A DNA stretch of 63,419 nucleotides from Campylobacterales bacterium (GTDB lineage: Bacteria; Campylobacterota; Campylobacteria; Campylobacterales; JALSKU01). The notes beneath the pieces are model-generated. The model worked only from the letters and a program-made list of their open reading frames with translations. It searched no databases and was not told the DNA's origin. The DNA is taken from positions 1-63,419 of the forward strand of contig JALUBK010000045.1 in assembly GCA_027044945.1 (NCBI GenBank), written 5' to 3'. Each line of letters begins with the position of its first letter. Positions within the stretch are counted from its first letter, which is position 1. The translations under genes and the position numbers were made by a program. This document shows, piece by piece, positions 21,808 to 35,287 of the stretch.

Positions 21808-22488
21808 TTATATGTTTTCAAATATACATATAAGTTTATCAAAATCATCAGAAAATAATTTTATCTCTTTTTTATCTATTATTTTCATGGGAGAATTATG
21901 GACAATATCTTTAAATTGATGATAATACTGCACAATTTTTCCATTATATTTTTTATATAATTCATTCTCTTTTTCAAAAAAAGTTATATTTGTATCGAGT
22001 TTTTTTCCATCAAACACAGCATCTATTGATAAAAAATTTTTGTCATTTTCATTAATCATAGCTCCATCGGCTATATCTCTAAAGCCATGAAGAGTATTTA
22101 TATCACAAATAAAAATTCCACCCTTTTTAAGAACATTTTTTATATATCTTAAAAATATTTTTAATGATTTGATATCCATATAATTTAATACATCTGCTAT
22201 ACAAACAACAGCATCATATTTATCTTTTATTTCAGATATATTTTGACAAGTTGCATCTACTCCTTTTTGCTTTGCAATTTGTACCATTTCTTCACTTAAA
22301 TCTATACCTTTGGCCTTATATCCTTTTTCTGAGAGTATTTCCAACATTCTTCCATTGCCACATCCAACATCTAAAATATTATTTATTTTATACTTTTTCA
22401 ACAATTTAATATAATGGTTATACAATTTTTCATAATCATCGTAGAAACCAATATATGGTTCAATTTTAGCATACAAATTTAAACTCAA
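21808..22488 (-). CDS. Class I SAM-dependent methyltransferase
   Basis: ILDVGCGNG, GIDLSEEM, LKKGGIF motifs. Confidence 0.9.
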   Translation of the reverse strand: MSLNLYAKIEPYIGFYDDYEKLYNHYIKLLKKYKINNILDVGCGNGRMLEILSEKGYKAKGIDLSEEMVQIAKQKGVDATCQNISEIKDKYDAVVCIADVLNYMDIKSLKIFLRYIKNVLKKGGIFICDINTLHGFRDIADGAMINENDKNFLSIDAVFDGKKLDTNITFFEKENELYKKYNGKIVQYYHQFKDIVHNSPMKIIDKKEIKLFSDDFDKLICIFENI

Positions 22489-22513
22489 AACAATTCTTTA
22501 AAAACTTAAAAAT

Positions 22514-22885
22514 TCATACTGAAGCAATCGCCTCTATCTCTATAAGTGCATTTTTGGGAAGAGTTTTAACAGCAACTGTGCTACGAGCTGGCTTATGTTC
22601 TCCAAAAACTTTTGCATATATTTCATTAACGGCTGCAAAATCATCCATGTTTGATAAAAATATAGTGGTTTTGATAACTTTTTGCATAGAGCTTTCTGCT
22701 TCTTTTAAAACTTCACTAAGATTTTCTAAAACTTGTTTAGTCTGAGCTTTTATATCTTTATCTAAAAATTCACCTTTCGCATTTAGTGCTATTTGTCCTG
22801 AAGTAAAAATCATATTGCCTATTTTTATAGCCTGTGAATAAGGCCCTATCGCCGCAGGTGCTTTGTCAGTATGAATATATTTCAT
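22514..22885 (-). CDS. ridA: RidA/YjgF enamine deaminase
   Basis: APAAIGPYSQA, SGQI, PARS, IEIEAIA; ATG coupled to the dapE stop. Confidence 0.93.
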   Translation of the reverse strand: MKYIHTDKAPAAIGPYSQAIKIGNMIFTSGQIALNAKGEFLDKDIKAQTKQVLENLSEVLKEAESSMQKVIKTTIFLSNMDDFAAVNEIYAKVFGEHKPARSTVAVKTLPKNALIEIEAIASV

Positions 22886-23979
22886 CACATCTCCTTTATT
22901 AAATTTTTAAAAATTTTGTATAAATTTTCAACTTCATTTAAAGTTGTCCTTTCATTTATCGAATGTATTGTATCATTTTTTACACCAAATTCTACAGTAT
23001 CTACTCCAAATTCACCAAAAAATCTTGCATCACTTGTTCCGCCTGCTGTGTTCAAAACTGGAGTTACACCAAGAATTTCATTAATAGAATTCGATATATA
23101 TTTAACTATTTTAGAGTTTCTATTGGTAATAAATGGTTTTGCACTTTGATTTATATTTAATTCAAAAGGCAATCCTTTAAATTTTTCTTTTACAAAATGT
23201 TCTACCGATTTTACTGAAGTTAAAGTTGAATTTCTAACATTAAACATTATTTTCAAATCATTTGGAGTAACATTTGTAACTTCCATTCCTGCTCTTATAT
23301 CGGTAATTACAAATTGGCTCGGCTCAAAATTCTCATCTCCTTCATCAAGATTTACTCCAGCTATTTTTGGCAATATCGGAGCGATTAGATTGATAGGATT
23401 GGTAGCTTTTTTAGGATATGCAACATGTCCTTGCTTACCAAAAATATCTAATTTTCCATTTATAGAACCTCTTCTGCCTATTTTTATTGTATCTCCAAAA
23501 AATCTCTCACAAGTAGGTTCAGCAACTACTGCAAAATCTGGCAAAAAATTTTTTTCTTTTAAATATTTTAAAACCTCAACAGTTCCATATTTTGCATCCC
23601 CTTCTTCGTCGCTTGTTAAAAGTAAAGATAAAATTCCATCAAATTTTTCTATATCTTTACAAGCTTTCAAAAAAGCACAAACTCCACTTTTCATGTCCTG
23701 TGCACCTCTAGCATAAATAAAATCATTTTTTTCCAAAGGCTTAAAAGGATCACTACTCCAGCCATTTCCCGGAGGAACTACATCAATATGCCCTGCAAAA
23801 CAAAGATGCTCACCTTTGCCAAATTTTTTATATAAAAAAAGATTCTTAACTCCATTTTTATCCACTCTGATAACTTGAAAATCATTCATATATTTTTCAA
23901 TAAAATCCATAGCTCCATCATCATTTGGAGTAATAGACTTAAAACTTAACAACTTAAAAAACAACTCTTTTATATTCAT
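22885..23979 (-). CDS. dapE: Succinyl-diaminopimelate desuccinylase
   Basis: [32 protein letters not shown]; ATG 23979 after GGAGG. Confidence 0.96.
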   Translation of the reverse strand: MNIKELFFKLLSFKSITPNDDGAMDFIEKYMNDFQVIRVDKNGVKNLFLYKKFGKGEHLCFAGHIDVVPPGNGWSSDPFKPLEKNDFIYARGAQDMKSGVCAFLKACKDIEKFDGILSLLLTSDEEGDAKYGTVEVLKYLKEKNFLPDFAVVAEPTCERFFGDTIKIGRRGSINGKLDIFGKQGHVAYPKKATNPINLIAPILPKIAGVNLDEGDENFEPSQFVITDIRAGMEVTNVTPNDLKIMFNVRNSTLTSVKSVEHFVKEKFKGLPFELNINQSAKPFITNRNSKIVKYISNSINEILGVTPVLNTAGGTSDARFFGEFGVDTVEFGVKNDTIHSINERTTLNEVENLYKIFKNLIKEM

Positions 23980-24002
23980 AATATCCTCCAAAAAAATACA
24001 TA

Positions 24003-26201
24003 TTAAAATTTCACAACCGTTGCACCATATCCTCCAAGACTTATAGGAGCATCATCAAAACTTTTAACACTTGGATGAGTTTTTAAAAATTCTTTTACAA
24101 CATAAGCCAATTTTCCTGTGCCTATGCCATGGCTTATAATAATTTCGTCATAACCAGTTATTAAAGCATCAGAAATAAATTTATCAAGTTTTTCTATAGC
24201 TTCTTGTGCATACATTCCATGAAGATCTATTTTTATTGAAGAAGATTTTGGCTTATTTACCTTGATATTTGTTTTTATTTTTTTTCTTTGTTTAAAAACT
24301 GTAGTTTTTTTCAATTTATTCTTTGGAACTCTTAAAATTATTCCATCGCATTCTAAAACAACTTCATCTTTTTTTAATGAAATTATTTTACCCTTTTGAT
24401 TGCCATATTTTACCATGTCTCCTATAATAAAATCTTGCAAAGGCATAACATTTTTTACTTTTAATTCTTTTTTGATACTATTTATTTTATTCAAAGAGCG
24501 ATGAATATCTTTTGAACTTTTTAATTTTGCACTTTCTTTTAATTCTTTCATAAGCTGAGAATATTTTAATTCATAAGAATGCATCAAATCATCAAGTTTT
24601 TTTTGTGATTTTTCTTTTATATCAGATATAGACTCTTTTTCTTTTTGTAAATCTTGTTCTCTTTTGTCAAATTCTTTTATTTTCTTTTTTAAAGTTAATT
24701 CCAAATCTATATTTTTTTGAATCAGCTCACTTAAATTTTCCTGTTCTTCGCCATAAAGCTCTTTTGCTTTTTTGATTATGCCTATTGGCATACCATATCT
24801 TAAAGCTGTTTCAAAAGCATAACTTTTTCCAATAGTTCCTTTCAAAAATCTATAAGTAGGAAGTCTATTTTTTTCATCATACAAAGCAGCATATAGTTCA
24901 ACATCATCATAAGTAGCCATCATAGAAGATAATTTTTTGTGGTGAGTAGTGATAACAATACGAACATCTTTTTTTATAAGTTCATCCAAAACAACCTTAA
25001 AAAGAGTTGCCGCTTCGTCGCTATCTGTTCCAAGTTCTATTTCGTCAATGCCGATTAAAGCTTGATTGATTCTAAAAAGTTTACTAAATTCTATCATTCT
25101 ACCCGCAAAAGTAGATATATCATTTTTAACTTTTTGAGGATCATCAAGAATTGCTCTTATCTCTTTAAAGTTTCCTATCTTAGATTTGTATTTATCTATT
25201 TTCATCGGTAAAAGATATTTTGATAAAAATGCAACACTAAGAATCGATTTTAAAAGCATCGTTTTCCCACCAGCATTAACACCCGTTACAAAAAGTATTT
25301 TTTTATCAAAATCAACACTTACAGACTTTGGATCTTTTAATGCAGGATGTTTAAAATCCTTAATAATTATATCTTTTTTGTTAGTTGGAAGTAAAAATTC
25401 AAGCTCTTTGCTTTTAGCAAAAAAAACTCTTGCTTGATAAGCATCGAACCTATCAAATTCTTTATTAATATATTTTAAAAATTTTAAAAATTTTGTAAAA
25501 ATTGATGAAATAAGTTTTTCATATTTATATTTTATTTCCTCTTTTTTACTTAAATATTCAGCTTCTTTATCTTTTAATTTTCTTATATTTTCAGGGACAA
25601 CATAAAAAAATCCAGCACTACTACGCCCAATAACACTACCTTTTATCACATGATTAAACCCTCCTCTTAAAAGAAGTGCTTCTTCTGTGTTTATATAATG
25701 TATTTGAGAATCAGCTAAATATAATGATAACTTTTTGGAATTTATAACTCTTTTTAAGGCTTCTCTTAAAGCTTCTTTATTTCTTTTTAAAGATGTATCT
25801 ATTGATAAAAGATCGTCATCGATTTCGCTTTTAAGCTCACCTTTTTCATCAAAATATTTTCTTATATTATTTATCTCTTCGGGTATTTCTATTTTCAAAA
25901 ACCATTCAAGCAATTCACCTTTAAATCCCATTCTTTTTAAATACTCAAAATAATTCATAATTTTAACAAATTCATATATTTCATATAATTTCAATATGCC
26001 AAATTTTTTAAGATGAGATAAACTTTTATTTAGATTTGAAATTTTAGGAGGAGGAGTAAAATCATATTTTGATAATTCTTTGATGAAATTATAATGAAGT
26101 TTTATATCTCCTTCTATAAAAAAAGGTTTTTCTCTTGATAAAAAAGTTTTAAAATATTCCAAAAATTCTCTTAAATCAAGTTTATTAATAATTGTTTGCA
26201 A
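24003..26201 (-). CDS. mutS2: Endonuclease MutS2
   Basis: [25 protein letters not shown]-terminal Smr (IDLHG...HGIGTG.L). Confidence 0.95.
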   Translation of the reverse strand: MQTIINKLDLREFLEYFKTFLSREKPFFIEGDIKLHYNFIKELSKYDFTPPPKISNLNKSLSHLKKFGILKLYEIYEFVKIMNYFEYLKRMGFKGELLEWFLKIEIPEEINNIRKYFDEKGELKSEIDDDLLSIDTSLKRNKEALREALKRVINSKKLSLYLADSQIHYINTEEALLLRGGFNHVIKGSVIGRSSAGFFYVVPENIRKLKDKEAEYLSKKEEIKYKYEKLISSIFTKFLKFLKYINKEFDRFDAYQARVFFAKSKELEFLLPTNKKDIIIKDFKHPALKDPKSVSVDFDKKILFVTGVNAGGKTMLLKSILSVAFLSKYLLPMKIDKYKSKIGNFKEIRAILDDPQKVKNDISTFAGRMIEFSKLFRINQALIGIDEIELGTDSDEAATLFKVVLDELIKKDVRIVITTHHKKLSSMMATYDDVELYAALYDEKNRLPTYRFLKGTIGKSYAFETALRYGMPIGIIKKAKELYGEEQENLSELIQKNIDLELTLKKKIKEFDKREQDLQKEKESISDIKEKSQKKLDDLMHSYELKYSQLMKELKESAKLKSSKDIHRSLNKINSIKKELKVKNVMPLQDFIIGDMVKYGNQKGKIISLKKDEVVLECDGIILRVPKNKLKKTTVFKQRKKIKTNIKVNKPKSSSIKIDLHGMYAQEAIEKLDKFISDALITGYDEIIISHGIGTGKLAYVVKEFLKTHPSVKSFDDAPISLGGYGATVVKF

Positions 26202-26215
26202 ATTTTATTTCCTTC

Positions 26216-27526
26216 TCACTTGCTACCTCTTAACTGATATGTCAAATCTCCTGCACTAAAGCCTATAATAAGTCCTTTGCTCCAAATATCTATACATTTT
26301 TCATTTTGAATCAATTTTATATTTTTATTTTCTCTTTCTACTCTATCTATAAATTTTGGCTTATACTTTTTAAACAATTCTTTAAAATCAATATCCACTT
26401 TTTCTTCTCCAGCACTCCAAACAGGCAAAATAACAAGCTCATCAATTCCTTCAAAACAAGTTTTAAAACTATCAATATTATCTAAAACTCTAGAATATTT
26501 ATGAGGTTGCCAAATAACTTTAATAGTTTTATAACCCATTAGATTTGCATATTGTTTTGCTGATTGTAGTGTAGCTTTTATTTCAGTAGGATGGTGTCCG
26601 TAATCATCAATAAGAGCTTCTTCTTTATCTTTAAAAAGTATATCAAATCTTTTTTTAATACCATTATAATGTTTGATTTTATTTTTTATCTCTTCAATAT
26701 CTAAACCAATTTCTAAAGATGCTAAAACAACTAAAGAGGCATCCAAAGCTATATGCTCACCAATTCCTCTTACTTGAAATTCTCCATAATTTTTTAATGA
26801 AAAAGAGGTCCAAGGAGTATTATCGATTAAGATTGATTTAATATTTTTTATATCTTTTGAAGGATAAAGTCTAACAGCTTCCAAATCCAAAGAGTTAAGA
26901 AAAGAATCTTCTGCATTTATAACTCTTATTTTTGATATTTCTAAAAATTTTTTATAAGCACCATAAAATCTTTTCAAATCATGATTATAGTGTTCCATGT
27001 GCTCGGGCTCACAATTGGTAACTATTGCTAAGTATGGATTTGTATTTAAAAAACTTTCATCACTTTCATCAGCTTCAAAAATCAAATTATTATTTTCAAC
27101 ATATCTCATATTGGAGCCATATTGAATATTTTCCGCACCTATTATCATGCTCCCTTCTATCAAAGATGCAAGCATGGCACTAGTTGTGCTTTTTCCATGA
27201 GCTCCAGAGACTGCAAAAACTTTTTTATTTTTTAAAATTATTTTTAAAGCTTCTTTTCTACTTAAAAGCTTCAACTCTAACTCTTTTGCTTTTTGATATT
27301 CTATATTATCTTCTTTTATAACAGCAGAATAAATAACATAATCTTGGCAAGTTATATTTTTTGATGAATGAGGCACAGATACTTTTATGCCTTCATCTCT
27401 TAAACTTTTTGTGATATGAGTTTCATCCACATCTGAACCACTTACAGCATAACCCTCTTTATGCAAAAATCTTGCAAGTCCTGAAAGCCCTATGCCTCCT
27501 ATGCCAATAAAATGAAATTTATTCAA
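26216..27526 (-). CDS. murC: UDP-N-acetylmuramate--L-alanine ligase
   Basis: HFIGIGGIGLS, GAHGKSTT, EADESD, DDYGHHPTEI. Confidence 0.97.
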   Translation of the reverse strand: MNKFHFIGIGGIGLSGLARFLHKEGYAVSGSDVDETHITKSLRDEGIKVSVPHSSKNITCQDYVIYSAVIKEDNIEYQKAKELELKLLSRKEALKIILKNKKVFAVSGAHGKSTTSAMLASLIEGSMIIGAENIQYGSNMRYVENNNLIFEADESDESFLNTNPYLAIVTNCEPEHMEHYNHDLKRFYGAYKKFLEISKIRVINAEDSFLNSLDLEAVRLYPSKDIKNIKSILIDNTPWTSFSLKNYGEFQVRGIGEHIALDASLVVLASLEIGLDIEEIKNKIKHYNGIKKRFDILFKDKEEALIDDYGHHPTEIKATLQSAKQYANLMGYKTIKVIWQPHKYSRVLDNIDSFKTCFEGIDELVILPVWSAGEEKVDIDFKELFKKYKPKFIDRVERENKNIKLIQNEKCIDIWSKGLIIGFSAGDLTYQLRGSK

Positions 27527-28653
27527 TAACCGCCCTTTAAAAATTCAGATATTCTTTGCAATGCCTGTTTTGTTTTTTCTTCACTCTCTACAAGAGCAAT
27601 TCTAACATTTTTGCTACCTTGCTTATCACGAGAAAGAAAGCTTCCTGGCAGGACTTTAAGATTTTTATTTTTATATAATTTTTTTGTAAATTCTATATCG
27701 TCTTCTACTTCAAACCAAATATAAAATGTTGCTTTTGGAATTTCTATTCCCAATATTTCTTTCGCAATTTCAAAATTTTTTCTATATTTATTTCTATTTA
27801 TTTCCACATGTTTTTCATCATTCCAAGCTACTGCTGCAGCCTTTTGAAGAGGCAAAGGAACCGCACATCCAGTATATGTTCTATATTTTGAATATTCTTT
27901 CAATATATCACTGTCTCCAGCTATAAAACCACTTCTAACTCCGGGGGCTGAGCTTCTTTTGGATAAAGAATTAACAACTAAAATATTTTTATACATTTTA
28001 TTTCCAAATTTCATAGAAGCTTCCAAGAGAGATGGTTGTTTTTGTAAATATATTTCATTATAACATTCATCATTAAGCAATACAAAATTATATTCAAGAG
28101 CTAATTCAATCCAAGGTTTATATTCATCTATACTCATGGTCGATGCAGTTGGATTGTTTGGAAAATTTAAAATCACCAAATCAACATTTTTCAACTTTTT
28201 TTTATCAATAACAGGCTTGTAATTATTTTCTTTAGTTAAATTTATATAAATGCTTTTTGCTTTACAAGATATCGCCGCTCCTTCATATATTTGATAAAAA
28301 GGATTTGTATAAGCCATTATCGGATTTTTTTTATCATGAAGTAAAAATTGAGGAAAATTAAAAAGAATTTCCCTTGTTCCAAAAGAAGGAACAATTTCAT
28401 TTTCTTTTAATTTAACTCCAAATCGTTTATTTACAAAATTTATCATTGACTGCTTTAAAAACAGTTCTCCTGAAGTTTTTGCATATTTATTTAAAAGATT
28501 ACTATTTTTACAAAGTTCATCTTGTATAAATTTTGGAGTTTCAAATTGTGGCTCACCTATGGTTAAACTTAAAGGCTCAAGTTCTTTATTTGGAATAACA
28601 TTTTTTAAAAGTTTGTTCAATCTTTCAAACGGATAATCATTGAATTTTATCAT
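27523..28653 (-). CDS. dapC: Succinyldiaminopimelate transaminase (PLP class I/II)
   Basis: YPFERL, TIGEP, NPFYQIYEGAA, PNNPT, DECY, SLSKRS. Confidence 0.88.
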   Translation of the reverse strand: MIKFNDYPFERLNKLLKNVIPNKELEPLSLTIGEPQFETPKFIQDELCKNSNLLNKYAKTSGELFLKQSMINFVNKRFGVKLKENEIVPSFGTREILFNFPQFLLHDKKNPIMAYTNPFYQIYEGAAISCKAKSIYINLTKENNYKPVIDKKKLKNVDLVILNFPNNPTASTMSIDEYKPWIELALEYNFVLLNDECYNEIYLQKQPSLLEASMKFGNKMYKNILVVNSLSKRSSAPGVRSGFIAGDSDILKEYSKYRTYTGCAVPLPLQKAAAVAWNDEKHVEINRNKYRKNFEIAKEILGIEIPKATFYIWFEVEDDIEFTKKLYKNKNLKVLPGSFLSRDKQGSKNVRIALVESEEKTKQALQRISEFLKGGY

Positions 28654-29447
28654 AATTGTTCTCTTTTTTTAATTTGTGCCAAAAAACCCCAATCTTTTTT
28701 TGCTTCTTTTGAAATATTTTTATCAATAGGGGCTATTAACATCTCTTCTTTATGACCTAACATATACTGAAGTTCTCCATTTGGAGTAGCCAAAAAGCTT
28801 TCTCCATAAAATTTCCAAGAAACATCATCTTTTACATATTCGCCTATTCTATTGGCTCTTAATATATAAACACCATTTAAAAAAGCTCTTGTTTTGATAA
28901 TTTCAGCCCATCTTTGTTCTGATCCAAAAGTGCTAACTGTTGGTAAAAGAACCAAATCAACTCTTTTTTTTAATATTTCAAGCCAAACACTGTCAAAATG
29001 AAGCTCATAACCATTTATGGCGGCAATTTTAAAACCGTTAATATTGAAAATCATTGGAATATATTTTTTATCTATTTCATTATCAAAAAATTTATTCTCA
29101 TTCCAATGGTTAAAATTGATAAGATATTGTTGATTTTGATAATACACTGATTTTGGAGTAAATCTTGCAATGCTTTTATAAATTTTATCTTTTTTAAAAG
29201 TTACAATAGGTGCTATAATAGTAATATTATATTCTTTTGCTAATTCTTTTAAAATCATAATTTTATGTTTTGATTGTTCTTTTATCATCATTTTAGACAT
29301 ATTTTCAAGTTCTTTAAAAAAACTATTCAAATTATATTCCCCAAGAAGAACTAAAGAAATATCTCTTTTTTTACAAATTATTAAATAATAATCAAGTTTA
29401 GCCTTGCTCATGGGTAAAGTAGAAAGCTGGAGTGCGGCTACTTTCAA
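28650..29447 (-). CDS. Nitrilase-fold protein with degenerate catalytic triad
   Basis: KVAALQ, LLGEY, RAFLN, ANRIG, FYGES; nucleophile motif reads INGYE. Confidence 0.85.
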   Translation of the reverse strand: MKVAALQLSTLPMSKAKLDYYLIICKKRDISLVLLGEYNLNSFFKELENMSKMMIKEQSKHKIMILKELAKEYNITIIAPIVTFKKDKIYKSIARFTPKSVYYQNQQYLINFNHWNENKFFDNEIDKKYIPMIFNINGFKIAAINGYELHFDSVWLEILKKRVDLVLLPTVSTFGSEQRWAEIIKTRAFLNGVYILRANRIGEYVKDDVSWKFYGESFLATPNGELQYMLGHKEEMLIAPIDKNISKEAKKDWGFLAQIKKREQL

Positions 29448-29644
29448 GACTCATTCTCACTAATTTTCGATAATTCTTCAAACTCTATTTTAGCATTTTC
29501 AAGCATTTTGGAAGCTTCTTTTAATTCTTTTATGCCCTCTTTGTAAAATTTCATACTATTTTCAAGAGTAATAGAAGGATCCATTAATTTATCAAGTATT
29601 TTTTTAGATTCTTCTATTTTTTGTTCAAAATCTTTCGCTTTCAT
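29444..29644 (-). CDS. xseB: Exodeoxyribonuclease VII small subunit
   Basis: FE..I...I...L....TLE.SM.FYKEG pattern. Confidence 0.88.
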   Translation of the reverse strand: MKAKDFEQKIEESKKILDKLMDPSITLENSMKFYKEGIKELKEASKMLENAKIEFEELSKISENES

Positions 29645-29713
29645 TTAAGTCCTTAATTTTAAAACAATATTTTATCAAAATAGGACTTAAATTTGGTTCA
29701 ATTTTATAAATAT

Positions 29714-31171
29714 TTATTTTATTTCTTTCTGTTTATGAGCCATTATTTCTCTTTTTTCTTGAAGCATACCGTCTAAAATATCAAAAAGTTTTTCACTCTC
29801 TTTTTCTGCATTTTTAAAATTTTCAATCAACTCTTTTTTATGTTCCAAAACAATATCTTTAGGATAAATGAAACTTATATTTTTTGATAAATATCGATGA
29901 ATTTCTTTATGTGGTTCGTCTATCAATGGATATTCTTTTGTATTACTAAACATATCTTTAGCATCTTTTTTAAGCCATTTTCCAAAATGACAATTATTAT
30001 AATCGGCAAAATCCATCTCTTTTTTGCTTTTAAAAACAGATGTATAAGCTTTTGATTTATATATAATATGGTCAATTTTTGCAAGTATTATATCCATTGT
30101 GTTTTCAATATTTACAGCTTCAAGAGAAGTTTTTATAGAATCTTTGTTAAAATTTTGGAAAACTGATTTCAACTCTTCTATGACAATATTTGATTGTGTT
30201 GCTATTTGTGTCATTTCGTTTGAACCTGATTTGATCTCTTGTGCTTCTTGTTGAAGAGTTTGTATTGATATTGAAATTTCTTGAGTTGCTTTTTGTGTTC
30301 TTTCAGCCAATTTTCTTACCTCATCAGCAACAACAGCAAAACCCCTTCCATGTTCTCCAGCTCTTGCGGCTTCAATAGCGGCATTTAAAGCCAAAAGATT
30401 TGTTTGACTAGTTATATCGTTTATCAATTCTACTACAGATGATATTTCGTTTGTTTTTTCATTTAATGACTCAATTCTTGAATTTGATGATGAAATATTT
30501 TCAATCAAATAATTAGTTTTTTCTATAGTATCATTTATTGTATCAAGACTTTTTGTTGATTTTTCAGCGGTTTCTTGTGCTTTTGCTACAATATTTTTAG
30601 TGCTTTCAATTCCTTTTGATAAATCATCTTGTATAATTATCATACCACCTGTTATCCCTCGTCCAATTTCACCAAGATGAGCATTAAGAGTTGTTCTTTC
30701 AATATATTTTTCATTTTCACACATCTCATCTATAGTCCTATTAGTCATTTTAGCATTATTTTTAAATGCACCATTTAATTTATCTGTTCGAACTTTTTTA
30801 GAAAATATTTTTTTACTTGCATTTTCTATAGATGCTTGTGTTTCTTCCATAAAAAATTCTATCTGATTTAAAAAACTATTTATGTTTAAACTAAGTTCTT
30901 TAAGCTCTCCTTCGTCTTTATTATGGGTTATTCTTCCAGATAATTCTCCTTCATCAGCATTTTTTATAATTTTTGCTACATTTTTAACAGCACTCTGAGC
31001 TTTTCTAATATTGATAAACATATACCATGCAAGTGCAAAATTTGACATATTGACAATTCTTATCATATCAAAACCATAATGATGTATTTCAATAATCAAT
31101 ATTACTGTAAATATACTCAAAGATGCTATATTTGCATATTGCACTTTGGAAAGTGAAGATATTTTTTTCAT
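29714..31171 (-). CDS. Methyl-accepting chemotaxis protein with C-terminal CZB domain
   Basis: [35 protein letters not shown]; CZB motifs DH..YK, CHFGKW, HKEIH. Confidence 0.93.
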   Translation of the reverse strand: MKKISSLSKVQYANIASLSIFTVILIIEIHHYGFDMIRIVNMSNFALAWYMFINIRKAQSAVKNVAKIIKNADEGELSGRITHNKDEGELKELSLNINSFLNQIEFFMEETQASIENASKKIFSKKVRTDKLNGAFKNNAKMTNRTIDEMCENEKYIERTTLNAHLGEIGRGITGGMIIIQDDLSKGIESTKNIVAKAQETAEKSTKSLDTINDTIEKTNYLIENISSSNSRIESLNEKTNEISSVVELINDITSQTNLLALNAAIEAARAGEHGRGFAVVADEVRKLAERTQKATQEISISIQTLQQEAQEIKSGSNEMTQIATQSNIVIEELKSVFQNFNKDSIKTSLEAVNIENTMDIILAKIDHIIYKSKAYTSVFKSKKEMDFADYNNCHFGKWLKKDAKDMFSNTKEYPLIDEPHKEIHRYLSKNISFIYPKDIVLEHKKELIENFKNAEKESEKLFDILDGMLQEKREIMAHKQKEIK

Positions 31172-31260
31172 TCAAGTCCTTTTATATTTTCTACAAAGAT
31201 TTATTCTACTACAAACAACTTTAGCACATCTTTAAAATATCATTTATTTTTATTTTAAAA

Positions 31261-32360
31261 TTATTTCAAAGCTTCACTGATATATGGAACAAATTTTTCA
31301 ACTTCAACCAAAAAGGCATCGTGTCCATAATCACTATCTATACAATGATAATCTACTAAATTACCTTTATTTATCTTTTTCATACTTTTTTGAATCTGCT
31401 CCATCTCTTCTTTAAAAAATAGTTGATCGCTTTTTACAGATAAAAGTGTTAAATGACTTTTTATATTAGAAAATGAGTCTTCCAAAGAATCATAATTTCT
31501 ACTCGCATCAAAAATATTGATAGCTTTTGTGATATATAAATAACTTAGAGGGTCAAAATATTTTGAAAAGTTATAACCATTATAATCAAGATATCTTTCC
31601 ACTTGAAATCTTCCAAAAAGTTCATATAATCCCTCAGTTTCAACATAATTTCTACCAAATTTTTTCTGCATTGAATTTTCGCTCAAATAGCTTATATGCC
31701 CACTCATTCTTCCTATTGCCAAACCATTAAGTCCATTTTCTTTTATATCTTTTACATCATACATTCCGCTATCAAATTTAGGATCTTTTATAATGGCTTC
31801 TCTTGCTACTTTGTTAAATGCAATAGCCCAAGGTTGAGTTGCATAAGTGGAAGCTATAATGATATTTCTTTTTGTAAAATGAGGATATTCTATAGCATAA
31901 CAAAGTGCTTGCATACCACCCATTGAACCACCAATAACAGCATAAACTTCATAAATACCAAGCGAATCCAAAAGACTTATTTGTGCTTTTACCATATCAC
32001 TTATAGTAATCACAGGAAATCTCAATCTATATGGTTCATTTAACGGATATTTTAAAGACATAGGACCTGTTGAGCCGAAACAACTTCCTATAACATTTGC
32101 ACAAATTACAAAATATTTTGTGGTATCTATACATTTGCCATCGCCTATCAAATCATTCCACCATCCAGGTTTTCTATCTCCCTCATAAAGTCCGGCAGCA
32201 TGATAACTTCCTGTAAGAGCATGGCAAATAACAATCACATTACTTTTATCTTTATTTAATTCTCCGTATGTTTCATACGCTATATCGTATGGTTCGAGTA
32301 TTCTACCGCTTTCTAAATATAAAGGAGTTTTAAAATGTTTAGTAACGGTAGTTATTTTCA

Positions 32361-32361
<1 letters not shown>
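31261..32361 (-). CDS. metX: Homoserine O-acetyltransferase
   Basis: CHALTG, GGSMGG, YGHDAFL. Confidence 0.95.
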
Positions 32362-33818
<1,457 letters not shown>

Positions 33819-33827
33819 CTAATTGTT

Positions 33828-35183
33828 TTATTTTAATAATCTTTCTAAACTTAAAGCACCATCAAACAAAGTTTGTTCATCAAAATTTTTCCCTATAAAT
33901 TGAGCACCTATTGGTAATTTTTTATTATCAAATCCAATCGGTAATGAAATAGCCGGTAATCCTGCTAGATTGACAGCAATTGTATAAATATCTTCAAGAT
34001 ACATTTGTAACGGATCTTTAATACTTCCAAATTCAAAAGCTGTAGATGGAGTAACAGGAGCATAAATCAAATCAGCTTCACGAAAAATTTCTTCAAATTG
34101 TTCTTTTATAAGATGTCTAGCTTTTTGTGCTTTTATATAATATGCATCATAATATCCACTGCTTAAAACGAAAGTTCCAAGAAGAATTCTTCTTTTAACT
34201 TCATCTCCAAACCCTTCACCTCTGGTTTTTTTATACATCTCTTTTAAATTGACACAATCGGCTCTATTTCCATATCTAACACCATCGTATCTACTCAAAT
34301 TTGCACTGGCTTCTGCAGTTGCTATAATATAATATGTTGCAACATCGTATTTAGTATTCAATCTATTTTTATAAATAATTTTATGACCTGCTTTTTTTAA
34401 TTCTTCGATAGATTCTTCTATTTTTTTTCTAACCTCATCACTCGCAGATTCAAGATAATTTTCGATAACAGCGATTGTCAATTTTCTGTCAGGATTTAGA
34501 TTGTTTGAAACTTTTTTATAGTCTATATTGGCACTCGTAGAATCTCTTCTGTCATGACCGCTGATAATATCATATAAAATAGCATTATCTTCAACATTTT
34601 GAGTAAAAGGACCAATTTGATCTAAACTACTTGAAAATGCACTTAAACCATATCTGCTAACTCTTCCGTAGGTTGGTTTCATGCCTACACATCCACAAAA
34701 TGCCGCAGGTTGTCTGATACTTCCACCAGTATCGCTTCCTAATGCCGCAATAGCAATTCCGCCACCAACTGCTGCCGCACTTCCACCGCTACTTCCACCA
34801 GGAACACAATTAATATTATGTGGATTTTTTGTTTTTCCATAAAAAGAAGTTTCAGTAGAACTTCCCATGGCAAATTCATCCATATTTGTTCTTCCAAACG
34901 GAGCAAGTCCTTCTTGTCTTAAATTTTCAATAACACAGGCATCATAAGGAGCAACATATCCTTGAAGTATATTTGAAGCACAAGTAACATTCCAATTTTT
35001 TACTTGAATATTATCTTTTATAGCTATAGGTATTCCTTCTCCACTTTCACTTATCTCTTTTGCAGTTAATTGCTCTATATAAGCACCAATATCTTTTTTT
35101 TCATTAATCTTTTTTTTCAAATCACTTTTAAATTCGATTATTTCCTCTTTAGGAAGAGTTAATGCCTTTTTTAAAGTTATCAT
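33828..35183 (-). CDS. gatA: Asp/Glu-tRNA amidotransferase subunit A
   Basis: [43 protein letters not shown]. Confidence 0.98.
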   Translation of the reverse strand: MITLKKALTLPKEEIIEFKSDLKKKINEKKDIGAYIEQLTAKEISESGEGIPIAIKDNIQVKNWNVTCASNILQGYVAPYDACVIENLRQEGLAPFGRTNMDEFAMGSSTETSFYGKTKNPHNINCVPGGSSGGSAAAVGGGIAIAALGSDTGGSIRQPAAFCGCVGMKPTYGRVSRYGLSAFSSSLDQIGPFTQNVEDNAILYDIISGHDRRDSTSANIDYKKVSNNLNPDRKLTIAVIENYLESASDEVRKKIEESIEELKKAGHKIIYKNRLNTKYDVATYYIIATAEASANLSRYDGVRYGNRADCVNLKEMYKKTRGEGFGDEVKRRILLGTFVLSSGYYDAYYIKAQKARHLIKEQFEEIFREADLIYAPVTPSTAFEFGSIKDPLQMYLEDIYTIAVNLAGLPAISLPIGFDNKKLPIGAQFIGKNFDEQTLFDGALSLERLLK

Positions 35184-35287
35184 TTTTTAACTCCTTTTTT
35201 TACAAAAAAAATGCCTATTCCAATTAAAATAAATATAACAACTATTGTTTCAAATACAAAACTAAGTTCAACAGGTTTAGTAAACAT
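35180..35287 (-). CDS. 35-aa single-pass membrane protein (not in ORF track)
   Basis: [35 protein letters not shown]; ATG overlaps the ileS stop (TAATG) and TGA overlaps the gatA ATG (ATGA). Confidence 0.75.
   Translation of the reverse strand: MFTKPVELSFVFETIVVIFILIGIGIFFVKKGVKK

Noticed and set aside
24003-26201. MutS as mismatch repair or a novel nuclease system
   Set aside because: Standard MutS2 architecture with an Smr domain in its conserved murC/dapE neighbourhood.
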